Below are positions 19,242 to 28,079 of a DNA stretch of 64,000 nucleotides, piece by piece. This DNA comes from an uncultured Gemmatimonadales bacterium (lineage in GTDB: Bacteria > Gemmatimonadota > Gemmatimonadetes > Longimicrobiales > RSA9): positions 2,816,001 to 2,880,000 of the forward strand of contig OY970192.1 in NCBI GenBank assembly GCA_963708135.1, read 5' to 3'. The translations under genes were made by a program, and so were the position numbers. The notes beneath the pieces are model-generated. The model was not told the origin of the DNA. It was given only the letters and a program-made list of their open reading frames with translations, and searched no databases. Position 1 is the stretch's first letter; every line of letters begins with the position of its first letter.

Positions 19242-21893
19242 TCACCGCCGCCCTGCCTCCTCGACACGCGCCTGCCAGCCCTGAAGCAGCGTCAGCCTGC
19301 GCAACGACAGCTCCGGCGGGAGCTGCACGAGCAGGCGGGCGCCATCCGGCGCGACGGCGAAGCGCGTCGGCTGGAACGGGTCGGTGAGGAAGGGCGACGG
19401 CTGCACCACCGAATCGGCAAGGAGGCGCATCTCCCCGATCACCGGGCTGGGGCCGAGCTGCACGCTCACCGCGCGCATCCGGCCGTCGCCGCCGATGAAG
19501 AACAGCTCGCGCCCGTCGCCCCGCCACTGCGGGCTCCCGCCGCCGTCCTTCGAGACACGCACCGGCGCCATGCCGCCGGCGGCGGGGCCGAGGTACACCT
19601 CGCGGCGTCCACTCGGGTCGGATTCCCACGCGATCCACCGTCCGTCCGGCGAGACACGCGCGTCGAGGACGTTGCCTGGCCCGGTCTGCAGGCGCTCACG
19701 GCGCCCGGTCTGCAGCCAGACGCGCCAGAGCTCCCACTGCGGGCGCCCCACGTCCGGCTCCAGCACGTAGTAGATCGCGCCGTCGGCCGACCAGTCCACG
19801 GGGTCGGTCCACTTGTTCCCGCTGAGCGGGATCGAGCGTTCCGGCGCGCTGCCGTCCACCGTCACCACCAGCACGCCCGGCCCGTTCACGACAGCGACAC
19901 GGGTACCGTCGGGGGACCACACAGGCGCGGAGGGGAAAGGTGCTGCCGTGGGGACGCGCACCGCCACATCGCGCACTGGATCGTACACCCAGAGGCCGTC
20001 CCCGCCGAAGGCGACGCGCCGCCCGTCCGGCGCGATGCGGAACGTCCACGTCGGGCCGGCGCCGAGCACCGGCGTGCGCCGCCCGGTGGCGCGGTCGATC
20101 CAGAAGATGCGGGCGTGTCCGGCGGCGCCAGACAGCGGCTCCCGCGCGAGGAGCAGGTCGCCGGCCGCCGTCACGACGGCGGCCTGGTCCGGCCGCTCGA
20201 CGGTCGCGAGCGCCACCGGCGTGCCGAGCAGCGCGAGGCGCGAGGGGTCGAAGCGCTGCGCCATGAGTGGCGCGGGGGCGCCGAGCACCGCCTGCTCGCT
20301 TCCCTGGAAGAAGAGCAGGTAGCCGGGGGCGACGTAGCGCGGGCTGGTGACGTTCCGGGCGAGGGCGCGCGTGGCGCCGGTCCGAAGATCGCCGAGCCAT
20401 AGGGTCCCGGTGCCGTCGCCGGAGCGCCAGAAGAGGAAGTGATGGCCGTCGGGGAGGAAGGACGGCTCGCGATCGCCGAGACTCCCGGGGTCGCGGCTCG
20501 TCGCCGGGCGCGGCGTGCCGCCGGCGGCCGGCACGCGCATGAAGCGGCCAAAGACCGGCGAGTACAGGATCGTGCCGCCCGGGGCCCACGCGCCGCCCGC
20601 CGGGTTCGGCGCGGGCGCAAGCCGCTGCACGCCGCCGCCGGCCACCGGCGCAACCCGTAGCCACCCGGCGCTGAAGAACGCGACCGCCGAGCCGTCCGGC
20701 GCCCAGAAGGGCTGCACGGCACCCTCGGTCCCCTCGAGGGGGCGCGCCGTGCCGTCGCTCATGCGGCGCAGCCAGATCCGGCCCCCGTCCGCAGCGACGC
20801 TGCTCACGAAGGCGAGCTGCCGGCCGTCCGGCGACAGCGCGATGTAGTGCAGCTCCAATGGCGCTTCCGCCGGCGCGCCCAGAGTCGCCGAGAGCGGCGG
20901 CGCGGTCGCCGGGCGCCCGCGCCGCACGAGGAAGGAGCCGGCAAAAGTCAGGGCGAGGAGCGTCGCCACCCCACCGGCGGCAAGGGCACGGCGGCGCCAG
21001 ACCGCAGCGGCGGCCGCCCCGCGCGCCGCCGGCCTCGCCGCACGGCCCGGGACCCCGGCGCCGCTCGGGTCGCTCAGCGCGACCGCGAAGGCGCGCGCAT
21101 CCGCGAACCGGTCCGCCGGCAGCTTCTCGAGCGCCGTCGCCACCGCCGCCGCCACGTGCTCGGGCACGCTCCGGCGTCGCGCCACCAGCGACCTGGGCTC
21201 CGCCGTGAGCACCTGCGCCACGACCGCCTGCGCCGTCGGCCCCGTGAACGGCGGCTCGCCCGCCAGCATCTCGTACGTCACCGCACCGAGCGCGTAGATG
21301 TCCGCGCGCGCATCGACGTTCCGCTCGCCCATGGCCTGCTCCGGCGCCATGTACTGCGGCGTGCCGAGGGAGAGCCCGGTCTGCGTCATGCGCTGGCCGC
21401 CGGCCTGCTCGACGGCGAGGGCAATGCCGAAATCGGCGACGAGCGCGTGGCCATTCTGGAGGAGGATGTTCTCGGGCTTGACATCGCGGTGGATCACGCC
21501 GCGCTCGTGCGCGTACGCGAGCGCGTCCGCCGCCTCGGTCGCGATCCGCACCGCATCCCCGACCGGCAGCTGGCGCTCCCGCTCCAGCCGGGCGCGCAGC
21601 GTCTCGCCTTCGACGAACGGCATCACGTAGAAGAGCAGCCCGCCCGCCTCGCCCGAGTCGAACAGCGGGAGGATGTGCGGGTGCTGCAGGCTCGCGGTGA
21701 GCTCGATCTCCTTGAGGAAGCGCTCGGGGCCGAGGATCGCCGAGAGCTCGGGGTGCAGCACCTTGATCGCCACCTTCCGGTGGTGCCGCAGGTCCTCGGC
21801 CAGATACACCGTCGCCATGCCGCCGGCGCCGAGCTCGCGCTCGATCGCGTAGCGGCCCGCGAGGGCCGCGGTGAGGCTCGCGGAATCAGCCAT
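19242..21893 (-). CDS. Hanks-type Ser/Thr kinase with TM segment and TolB-like beta-propeller (tandem paralogue)
   Basis: Same catalytic motifs (HRDVKPEN, DFG, APE), TM helix and SPDG/APDG repeats. Confidence 0.93.
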   Translation of the reverse strand: MADSASLTAALAGRYAIERELGAGGMATVYLAEDLRHHRKVAIKVLHPELSAILGPERFLKEIELTASLQHPHILPLFDSGEAGGLLFYVMPFVEGETLRARLERERQLPVGDAVRIATEAADALAYAHERGVIHRDVKPENILLQNGHALVADFGIALAVEQAGGQRMTQTGLSLGTPQYMAPEQAMGERNVDARADIYALGAVTYEMLAGEPPFTGPTAQAVVAQVLTAEPRSLVARRRSVPEHVAAAVATALEKLPADRFADARAFAVALSDPSGAGVPGRAARPAARGAAAAAVWRRRALAAGGVATLLALTFAGSFLVRRGRPATAPPLSATLGAPAEAPLELHYIALSPDGRQLAFVSSVAADGGRIWLRRMSDGTARPLEGTEGAVQPFWAPDGSAVAFFSAGWLRVAPVAGGGVQRLAPAPNPAGGAWAPGGTILYSPVFGRFMRVPAAGGTPRPATSRDPGSLGDREPSFLPDGHHFLFWRSGDGTGTLWLGDLRTGATRALARNVTSPRYVAPGYLLFFQGSEQAVLGAPAPLMAQRFDPSRLALLGTPVALATVERPDQAAVVTAAGDLLLAREPLSGAAGHARIFWIDRATGRRTPVLGAGPTWTFRIAPDGRRVAFGGDGLWVYDPVRDVAVRVPTAAPFPSAPVWSPDGTRVAVVNGPGVLVVTVDGSAPERSIPLSGNKWTDPVDWSADGAIYYVLEPDVGRPQWELWRVWLQTGRRERLQTGPGNVLDARVSPDGRWIAWESDPSGRREVYLGPAAGGMAPVRVSKDGGGSPQWRGDGRELFFIGGDGRMRAVSVQLGPSPVIGEMRLLADSVVQPSPFLTDPFQPTRFAVAPDGARLLVQLPPELSLRRLTLLQGWQARVEEAGRR

Positions 21894-22016
21894 CCGCGTC
21901 CGTCAGGGCGCAGAGCCGCCTCGGCGGGCGAGCGAGTGGCAGGGCCATCGCTCCTCCATCAGGTAGCTGCAAGAAAGGGGTGCCGCGGGTTTCGGCCGGA
22001 GCAGGGAGTCGGGACA

Positions 22017-22046
22017 ATCATAGAAGCCGCCCCCCCGGCGGGTCAA
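22017..22046 (-). promoter_or_regulatory. Putative sigma70 promoter for the kinase pair
   Basis: TTGACC (22046-22041)-N18-TATGAT (22022-22017). Confidence 0.5.
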
Positions 22047-22234
22047 CGTCCACCCGCCCCGCCGCTCCGGCCCCGGCGTCGCTACCTGCGCGGGCCGAGG
22101 CGCTCGAGCCGCACGGTCTGGAGCACCCGCGCCAGCCGGTCCGCGCTGGTGGAATCGGCGCGGATGGCGCGGACGACCACCCAGAGGCCGGGCGCGGCCT
22201 CGATCCGGAGCAGCGCCGCGCTGGCGTGGTCGTC

Positions 22235-22489
22235 TCACGTCCGGAGCACCCAGGCCAGCAGGCCGAAGCCAGCCGCCAGCGCGAGCGCCTCGAGGCCGAG
22301 ATACAGCACGGCGCTGACCGCCGGCTGGACCCGCGGCGGCAGGTAGCAGACGGCACCGCTGCCGATCTCCTGCGCCGCGGCAGCGGCCACCAGCAACGCG
22401 ATGGCCACGACGCCGAGGATCCAGCGCCTGAGCCGGCGTCGTTCCCGGGCGGGCGCGGAGGGGTCGATGGACGGGAGAACGTGTGTCAT
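22235..22489 (-). CDS. Small membrane protein (2 TM), hypothetical
   Basis: Two hydrophobic helices. The frame stays open for 50 codons beyond the TGA. Confidence 0.5.
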   Translation of the reverse strand: MTHVLPSIDPSAPARERRRLRRWILGVVAIALLVAAAAAQEIGSGAVCYLPPRVQPAVSAVLYLGLEALALAAGFGLLAWVLRT

Positions 22490-22641
22490 GCTCCGCCCCC
22501 CAAAATCGCTGGCGCCGCGATCGGTGCCCGAACGGCCGCAGCGGCGGCGGGCCGGGCGGCCACGGCGGGCATCGTCGCCAGGAAGAACGCGGCCACCCTG
22601 CGCCCGGAGCCGGGCTCGATGGAAAGCTCGAGGGCCGGCAT

Positions 22642-22833
22642 TCAGCCCACCCGGCCGTCCTCGTCGAGGTCCACGCCCACGTGCTTCTCCAGCCGGCCCA
22701 CGATCTCGTGGAGCAGCGCGGTCAGGTGGTCCACCTGATTCTCGAGATGCTCGAGCCGCGCCTCGATCGTCGCCGAGCGCTCACCCTGCCGCGAGATCTG
22801 CGTCTGCTGGTAGAGATCCCAGAACAGTCCCAT
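22642..22833 (-). CDS. Hypothetical coiled-coil protein (63 aa)
   Basis: MGLFWDLYQQ...IEARLEHLENQV; AGGAG RBS. Confidence 0.65.
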   Translation of the reverse strand: MGLFWDLYQQTQISRQGERSATIEARLEHLENQVDHLTALLHEIVGRLEKHVGVDLDEDGRVG

Positions 22834-22901
22834 GCGTGGGCTCCTGGTTGGGGGAGGTCCAGCGGTCCATGATTCGCCCTCCCGAGGGGCGGCGCGCCGG
22901 C

Positions 22902-23132
22902 TCACGCCTCTGCCGTGCGCTTCCCTTTCCGGCCGGGCTTCGGCGCGGGTTCCGCCTCCGCCTCGGCCTCCGCCTCCGGCTCCGCCCTGGTGCCTGCCGC
23001 GTCCGCCGCCGGCTCCGCGCCGGCAACCGCCGCTGCGGCTGCCGCCCGGTGGGCCCGCTCGGCCGCCCGCGCACGCTGCGCGGCCTTCCGTTTGGCCGCT
23101 GCCCGCTGGAACGTCTGCTTCCTCTTCGCCAT
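22902..23132 (-). CDS. Small Ala/Lys/Arg-rich hypothetical protein
   Basis: GGAGA RBS and low-complexity composition; lies directly after the serine hydrolase. Confidence 0.45.
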   Translation of the reverse strand: MAKRKQTFQRAAAKRKAAQRARAAERAHRAAAAAAVAGAEPAADAAGTRAEPEAEAEAEAEPAPKPGRKGKRTAEA

Positions 23133-23144
23133 GACGGTCTCCGA

Positions 23145-24656
23145 TCAATGAGAGTTGGAACCGCTCGTTGCGTCCTGCGCCTTCTTCGCCCGCACCCCGA
23201 AGGTCCGCGCCGCCACGACGTTCCCGGACGCATCGCGCTCGAACGTGATCTCCTGGCCCGAGTCGAGACCCACGAACCTGTCGGCGGCCGTGGGCGCGAG
23301 CGGCTGCTCCTGCCCCTGGAGCGAGAGCACGAGGTGGTCGCCGTCGCGACGGACCTCCGCCTTCGGGCCGCCGGCGTCGGGAATCTCGTACGTTCCGGCG
23401 AAGGCGTCGAGGGCGTCCGGCGCGATCGCGACGACGTGCACGACGCGCGGCCGGATGCCCGGCCAGCCGTAGACGCGCGCTGCGGCGCGCACGATCTCGC
23501 CCGCCAGCGCGCCGCCGGCGTCGCTGTTGGTGAAGACGACGACGCCCTCGCCCCGATGCACGTAGGCGACGAAGTGGCTGCGGAAGCCCTCGTTCGCGCC
23601 GCCGTGCTCGAAGACGAGCGAGTCGGCGGCGCCTTCGACCTGCGGCCCGAGCCCCCAGCCGCCCAGGCCGGGCGTGAGCATGGTGTCCACCATGGCACGC
23701 GAGAGCACCGGCGAGCGCTCGCCGCGCGCCGTCGCCTGGATGCCCATGACGTAGCGCGCGTAGTCGGAGGCGTTGGTCCACAGCCCGGCCGCGGCCATCT
23801 CGGGATACGTGTGGTACATCCCCTTCACCGGATTCCCGTTCGCGCGGTAGCCCGTGGCGGCGAGCGGCCGCTTCGCCGCGGGGAGCGGCTGCTCGTAGGT
23901 GCTCTCGCTCATTCCGAGCGGATCCAGCACCTCGCGCCGCATGATGTCGGGGAACGGTCGGCCGTAGCGCTCCGTCACGAGCAGCTGCATGACCGTGTAG
24001 CCGCCGCCGGAGTAGCGCCACTTGGTGCCCGGCTGGATGTCCGCCACGACGGGCGCCGAGTTGGCCGGCTTCGCGCCCTCGAGCACCTGCACGACCGTGG
24101 GCACCGGCTCGCCCGCGGCGTAGCCGGCAAAGCCGTGGACCGTGAGTCCGGCCGTGTGCGTGAGCAGCTCGCGCAGCGTGACGGGCTGCTTCCGGGTGAA
24201 GGAGTCGACCGGCACCTTCCACCCGGTGAGCACCCGGTTCACGTCCTCGTCCAGCGAGAGCTTGCCACGCTGCACGAGCTTCAGCGCCGCGAGCGCCGCC
24301 ACCGGCTTGCTCATGGACGCGGCCTGGAAGAGGGTGTGCACCGTCACCTTCCTCCCCGAGGCGACGTCGGCCAGCCCGTACCCGCCGGCCCAATCGATCT
24401 TCCCGTCGTGGATCACGGCTACGCTCACGCCGGGCACGCCGTAATGCTCCATTCGCTCGGCGAGGGTGTAGCCGGGCGCGCCCCCGCTCTCGATCTCGAC
24501 GGCGCGCAGGAGCGAGCGCTCGACGGCAGCCTTGCGCTCCAGCGGCGTGGCGGGGAGCTGGGCGCGGAGGGGCGCGAGCGGCCCAATCGCGCCGAGCAGG
24601 GCGGACACGCCGAGCAGGGCGGCGGCGCGCGAGGGGGTGCGGCGGAGGCGTCGCAT
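23145..24656 (-). CDS. Serine hydrolase, beta-lactamase/AmpC-like family, secreted
   Basis: Signal peptide, FQAASMSK (SxxK), LLTHTAG, YSGGG and HGG.NEG, with a C-terminal accessory domain. Confidence 0.9.
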   Translation of the reverse strand: MRRLRRTPSRAAALLGVSALLGAIGPLAPLRAQLPATPLERKAAVERSLLRAVEIESGGAPGYTLAERMEHYGVPGVSVAVIHDGKIDWAGGYGLADVASGRKVTVHTLFQAASMSKPVAALAALKLVQRGKLSLDEDVNRVLTGWKVPVDSFTRKQPVTLRELLTHTAGLTVHGFAGYAAGEPVPTVVQVLEGAKPANSAPVVADIQPGTKWRYSGGGYTVMQLLVTERYGRPFPDIMRREVLDPLGMSESTYEQPLPAAKRPLAATGYRANGNPVKGMYHTYPEMAAAGLWTNASDYARYVMGIQATARGERSPVLSRAMVDTMLTPGLGGWGLGPQVEGAADSLVFEHGGANEGFRSHFVAYVHRGEGVVVFTNSDAGGALAGEIVRAAARVYGWPGIRPRVVHVVAIAPDALDAFAGTYEIPDAGGPKAEVRRDGDHLVLSLQGQEQPLAPTAADRFVGLDSGQEITFERDASGNVVAARTFGVRAKKAQDATSGSNSH

Positions 24657-24809
24657 GGAGGCTCCGGGCTGAGTCGTCAGGGAGTGGACGGATCGGCGCC
24701 CTCGCGCCGGTCCGCGTTGACTATCGTGAAGTGCGCCACCTCGCCGCGGTGGCGGGCACGGGGAAAGCGCCGGGGCCGGCGGCTGAGCCACACCCATCCT
24801 CCGCTTTGC

Positions 24810-24977
24810 TCATGGACGTTTCAGGAATCTGAAGTAGAAGGCCGCGAACACCAGGACGATTCCTGCGTTCACCGTCAGCCGTTCCCAGAACCGGTTCTTG
24901 AAGAACAACAAATCGACCGCGACGATCACGGCTGCCATCAAGACTATGTAGATCGCGGTAGCTTTCTGGCTTGCCAT
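24810..24977 (-). CDS. Small 2-TM membrane protein (55 aa)
   Basis: MASQKATAIYIVLMAAVIVAVDLLFF..RFWERL.VN.GIVLVF.AFY.RF. Confidence 0.65.
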   Translation of the reverse strand: MASQKATAIYIVLMAAVIVAVDLLFFKNRFWERLTVNAGIVLVFAAFYFRFLKRP

Positions 24978-25080
24978 TCCAGTGCCTTTGACTGTTCGGC
25001 CCCTCGATCGGGGACTCCAGGAGTGTTCAGAGGGAGATCTGGCAGACGAACCCGGATACCCGCAGCGCATTATCACACGA

Positions 25081-25518
25081 CTAGTCTTGAGCGGGCATTG
25101 CCGGGTTGAAGATGATCTCCCACAGGTGCCCATCAGGATCCGAGAAGTAGCCTGAGTAGATCCCCCAAGCCCTCTCGCGCGGCGCTTCGGCGACACGAGC
25201 GTCCGCTGCGGTGGCCTGTCGGATGATTTCGTCCACTTCCTTTCGACTCTTCGTCAGGTAGCCCAGGCTGAATTCCACCTGGCTCGGCGGGGTGTCAGGG
25301 GCTCCCGCATCCTTGATGAAATCGCTGCGAGGATAGAGCGCGAGGATCAGACCGCCCTGCAGCTCGAAGAGCGCCAAGGCGCCCGAAGCTCCGCTAACGG
25401 GGTCCGTGTATTCTGTGCCGATGATCTTGCCAGGCAGGCCGAGCCCGTCTCGATAGAACGCCAGAGAGACGTCCAGGTCCCGGACCGCGAGCGTAACCAC
25501 GTTCAGGCGTGGGTCCAT
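25081..25518 (-). CDS. VOC/glyoxalase family protein
   Basis: VVTLAVRDL..SLAFYRDGLG and WG.YSGYF.DPDGHLWEI. Confidence 0.9.
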   Translation of the reverse strand: MDPRLNVVTLAVRDLDVSLAFYRDGLGLPGKIIGTEYTDPVSGASGALALFELQGGLILALYPRSDFIKDAGAPDTPPSQVEFSLGYLTKSRKEVDEIIRQATAADARVAEAPRERAWGIYSGYFSDPDGHLWEIIFNPAMPAQD

Positions 25519-25519
25519 C

Positions 25520-26359
25520 TCAACTCCCTGCCGTGGTGGGGGTCGTGAGGGCTGCTTCCTTTGCCACGGTCGGATACCAGTGGTAGAGCAGGACGGCCTT
25601 CACGCCGGCGTTGGCCGCCATCCGACCCACGTCCCTGATGTCGAGGTGCTCCCTGGTCATGTGCGCCTCGAACTCGTTGCGGCGCGCCGGCGACCAGTGA
25701 TTCTTTCGCGCCATGCGATCGACGAACTCACCGATGGCCACGGAGTTCTCCACCTCCGACACGAGCACGTCGGCGCCCCCGGCGAGTCGGGCCACCGCAT
25801 CGCTCGGTCCGGCGTCGCCGGTGAACACGATCGTGCCATGCGGCGTCTCGAACCGGTAGGCGTACGATTTCATGATCGCGCGCGGCATCAGGGCGTAGTG
25901 CGTATTTCCTACCGCAACGACCCTGATCTTGTCGTCCTGGCAGACGACACCCTCGCCGATCTCGTGAACCGCGAACGGGCTCGTTGCCGGCACGCCGCCT
26001 TGTGGGCCACCGGCCTCGGCGGCAAAAACAGCATACGGGATACTCATGTACCGGTACGCCGCGTTAACCAGGGCCTTCGTCTGCGGCGGGCCGTAGATGT
26101 TGATGGTGTGAGCCGCGTCGGCTGCGTCCTTCTGCTGAAAGTCGTTCGCGAGGACATCCGCCAGGCCGAGCGTGTGATCGGCGTGCAGGTGCGTGAAGAA
26201 GATGGTGCCGATCGTCTCCGAGGCAATGCCGGCCTTCAAGAGTCGTCGCGCGGTGCCGATACCGCAGTCGATCAGGTAGCGGCGACCATCGACAATGAGC
26301 AGCGTTGCCGGCTCGGACCGGTCCGCGCGCAGCGGCGGCCCGGCGGCGGTACGTCCCAT
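25520..26359 (-). CDS. MBL-fold metallohydrolase (RNase Z/arylsulfatase-like); ends probably eroded
   Basis: LIDCG, THLHADH, FTGD, ADVLV.E and H motifs. The N-terminal LLGT.. strand and the C-terminus look truncated. Confidence 0.75.
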   Translation of the reverse strand: MGRTAAGPPLRADRSEPATLLIVDGRRYLIDCGIGTARRLLKAGIASETIGTIFFTHLHADHTLGLADVLANDFQQKDAADAAHTINIYGPPQTKALVNAAYRYMSIPYAVFAAEAGGPQGGVPATSPFAVHEIGEGVVCQDDKIRVVAVGNTHYALMPRAIMKSYAYRFETPHGTIVFTGDAGPSDAVARLAGGADVLVSEVENSVAIGEFVDRMARKNHWSPARRNEFEAHMTREHLDIRDVGRMAANAGVKAVLLYHWYPTVAKEAALTTPTTAGS

Positions 26360-26489
26360 TCGAACTCGTAGCTCACATCACCAATCTACCGGCTTGACCG
26401 AGATCGGACAAAGCGTGTGCCAGGGGTGCGTGGTGGAAGCGACCGGGGTGCGGCGGACCGAGGACGCTGAGCGGCGCGGCCAGCGCTAT

Positions 26490-26624
26490 GAGCATCATCG
26501 TGAGATCCAGCGAAAACAGCGGGTGTTGCGAAACCCTTTCAGGACGTTGCATCTCGCAAAGGAGGACGTGTTGACCCGCTTTCATGGCGGCGCGCACGTT
26601 TCGGATGATTTGTTCGGCGCGCAT
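26490..26624 (-). pseudogene. Fragment of a SAM-dependent O-methyltransferase C-terminus
   Basis: AEQIIRNVRAAMKAGQHVLLCE...SLDLTMM resembles the Methyltransf_2 C-terminus; no N-terminal part present. Confidence 0.5.
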
Positions 26625-26729
26625 TATGTCTACGCTCCGTCAAAGCGCGCCGGTCTGCTTCGTGTTCGACTATCCGCGCTCCGGGCAGGCGCTCCGACGT
26701 GACATTCGCCTTCGCGGCCAACATCGGGC

Positions 26730-26975
26730 CGACATGCCCCATTTCACGGAGCGCTGCAGGCCGGGAAGCGTCTTGGCCGCCGGAGCATCGACGCTTTCCG
26801 CGATGCCGCGCTGCGGCCCGGGCAGGCTGGCGATGTAGGCGAAGACCGGCTTGTCGCCGACCGCAGCCTCCGCGGGCCTTGGCCTGCCGGTCATGGCTCC
26901 CGGCAGCGCGGTGGCAGCCCTGCCCTGTGCCGCCGTGCGCTTGGCCGGCTTCCGGCCTGCGGGCCTGGAAGTGTT
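26730..26975 (-). pseudogene. Truncated DUF1801/YdhG-like protein
   Basis: GDKPVFAYIASLP.PQRGIAE.VDA.AAKTLPGLQRSVKWGM, after which similarity is lost. Confidence 0.65.
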
Positions 26976-26976
26976 G

Positions 26977-27537
26977 TTAGCCGCACGCGCGCCGGTAGTG
27001 CATAGCGACTGCGCCGTTGCGGAGCGGCGTCGACGAGATCAGCTCGAGCCATCGCGTGCTGGGTAGCCCGCCCTGGTAAAGGGTCGGGCCGTGCCCGGCA
27101 ATCCTGGGATGGACAAGGAACTGGTACTCGTCGATCAGATCCAGCCGGTCCAGCTCGGTCGCGAGCTTGCCGCTACCGAGGAGCACGCCGGCAGGGGTCG
27201 CATCCTTGAGATTCTGCAGGCTCGTGCGCAAGTCCCCGGCGATATGGTGGCTGTTGGTCCACGGGAAGTCCGTTCGCGTCGACGACACCACGTACTTCGG
27301 CTTGGCCTCCAACTTGACCGCCCACTCGCGCATCGCTGGCGGTGCCTCTTCGTCGCCGCGAGCGACCGCCGGCCAGTAGCCCTCCATCATCTCGTAGGTG
27401 ACGCGGCCCCACAGCATCGCCCCACTCTCATCCATGAGGCGGGTGAAGAAAGCGTGTGTCTCGTCGTCGGCGATTCCCTCCTGGTGGTCGACGCAGCCGT
27501 CCAGGGTTACGTTGAGGCTGAAGGTTAGAAGTCCCAT
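26977..27537 (-). CDS. Dihydrofolate-reductase/RibD C-terminal family protein (integron cassette gene)
   Basis: NVTLDG, MLWGRVTYEMM..YWP, KYVVSST, LLGSG.LA and DLIDEY...VHP.IAG.G. Confidence 0.9.
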   Translation of the reverse strand: MGLLTFSLNVTLDGCVDHQEGIADDETHAFFTRLMDESGAMLWGRVTYEMMEGYWPAVARGDEEAPPAMREWAVKLEAKPKYVVSSTRTDFPWTNSHHIAGDLRTSLQNLKDATPAGVLLGSGKLATELDRLDLIDEYQFLVHPRIAGHGPTLYQGGLPSTRWLELISSTPLRNGAVAMHYRRACG

Positions 27538-27599
27538 ACGATTTTGCTCCGAGTTCGGCATCCCGCTGGATGGTCGCTTGTCGCCGAGTACCTCGCAGC

Positions 27600-27689
27600 G
27601 GCTAACGGTTTGGCCGTAAGCTGCGCGGCCCGTGTTGTCGGGGTCAAGCCTGCCCACGGTACCGCGTCAGCTTCACGGCCTTCTTACGG
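27600..27689 (-). mobile_element. Integron attC recombination site (R'' degenerate)
   Basis: Minus strand: CCGTAAG-AA-GGCCGT(G)AAGCTG(A)CGCGG ... CCGCGCAGCTTACGGCC-AAACC-GTTAGCC. The 17-bp arms pair perfectly except for two extrahelical bases, and the site ends in a GTT core. Confidence 0.8.
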
Positions 27690-27695
27690 CGCGTG

Positions 27696-27867
27696 ATGCT
27701 CGCGCGCCGCGAAGCGGACCGGGCGCACGCGCAGCGAGTTCGTCCGCGACGCCCTCCGCCGTCAGCTGGCGATCGCGCAGGTCGAGGATCTTCGCCGCAG
27801 GATCATGCCCTTCGCGGAGGCCCAGGGCTACTTGACCGACGAGGACGTCTTCCGCGACGTTTCGTGA
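27696..27867 (+). pseudogene. RHH/CopG-family antitoxin, 5'-truncated
   Basis: RAAKRTGRTRSEFVRDALRRQL...MPFAEAQGYLTDEDVFRDVS*; no intact start; TGA overlaps the PIN GTG. Confidence 0.7.
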
Positions 27868-28055
27868 GGGTCTTCCTCGACACCAACGTCCTGGCCTCCG
27901 CTGTCGCAACTAGGGGCATTTGCGAGGACGTCCTTCAAGTCGCTCTCGCCGAGCATGAGGTCGTCGTCAGCGAACACGTCCTCACCAAGCTGAGCCGTGC
28001 CCTCCAGGATCGCAGCTTCAGAGTCCGGAAGGTGTCGTCAGTATACTCGCGGTAG
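27864..28055 (+). pseudogene. PIN-domain toxin, 3'-truncated
   Basis: MRVFLDTNVLASA...; only 63 aa, about half a PIN domain. Confidence 0.7.
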
Positions 28056-28079
28056 ATCGTCTTCCGGTAGGCGGTCGAG

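Noticed and set aside
22486..22641. 51-aa Ala-rich ORF between two small genes
   Set aside because: The position is plausible, but it has no recognisable motif or RBS, so support is insufficient.
23145..24656. True AmpC beta-lactamase
   Set aside because: It has YSG instead of YxN and HGG instead of KTG, so a generic serine hydrolase is more likely.
26940..26984. Second complete attC after the DHFR-family gene
   Set aside because: An R''-like GGCTAAC and a short hairpin are present, but no GTT R' box follows, and the sequence also reads as the N-terminus of the DUF1801 remnant.
26977..27537. dfrA-type trimethoprim resistance gene
   Set aside because: The sequence resembles the broad RibD-C/DHFR-like family; resistance cannot be inferred.
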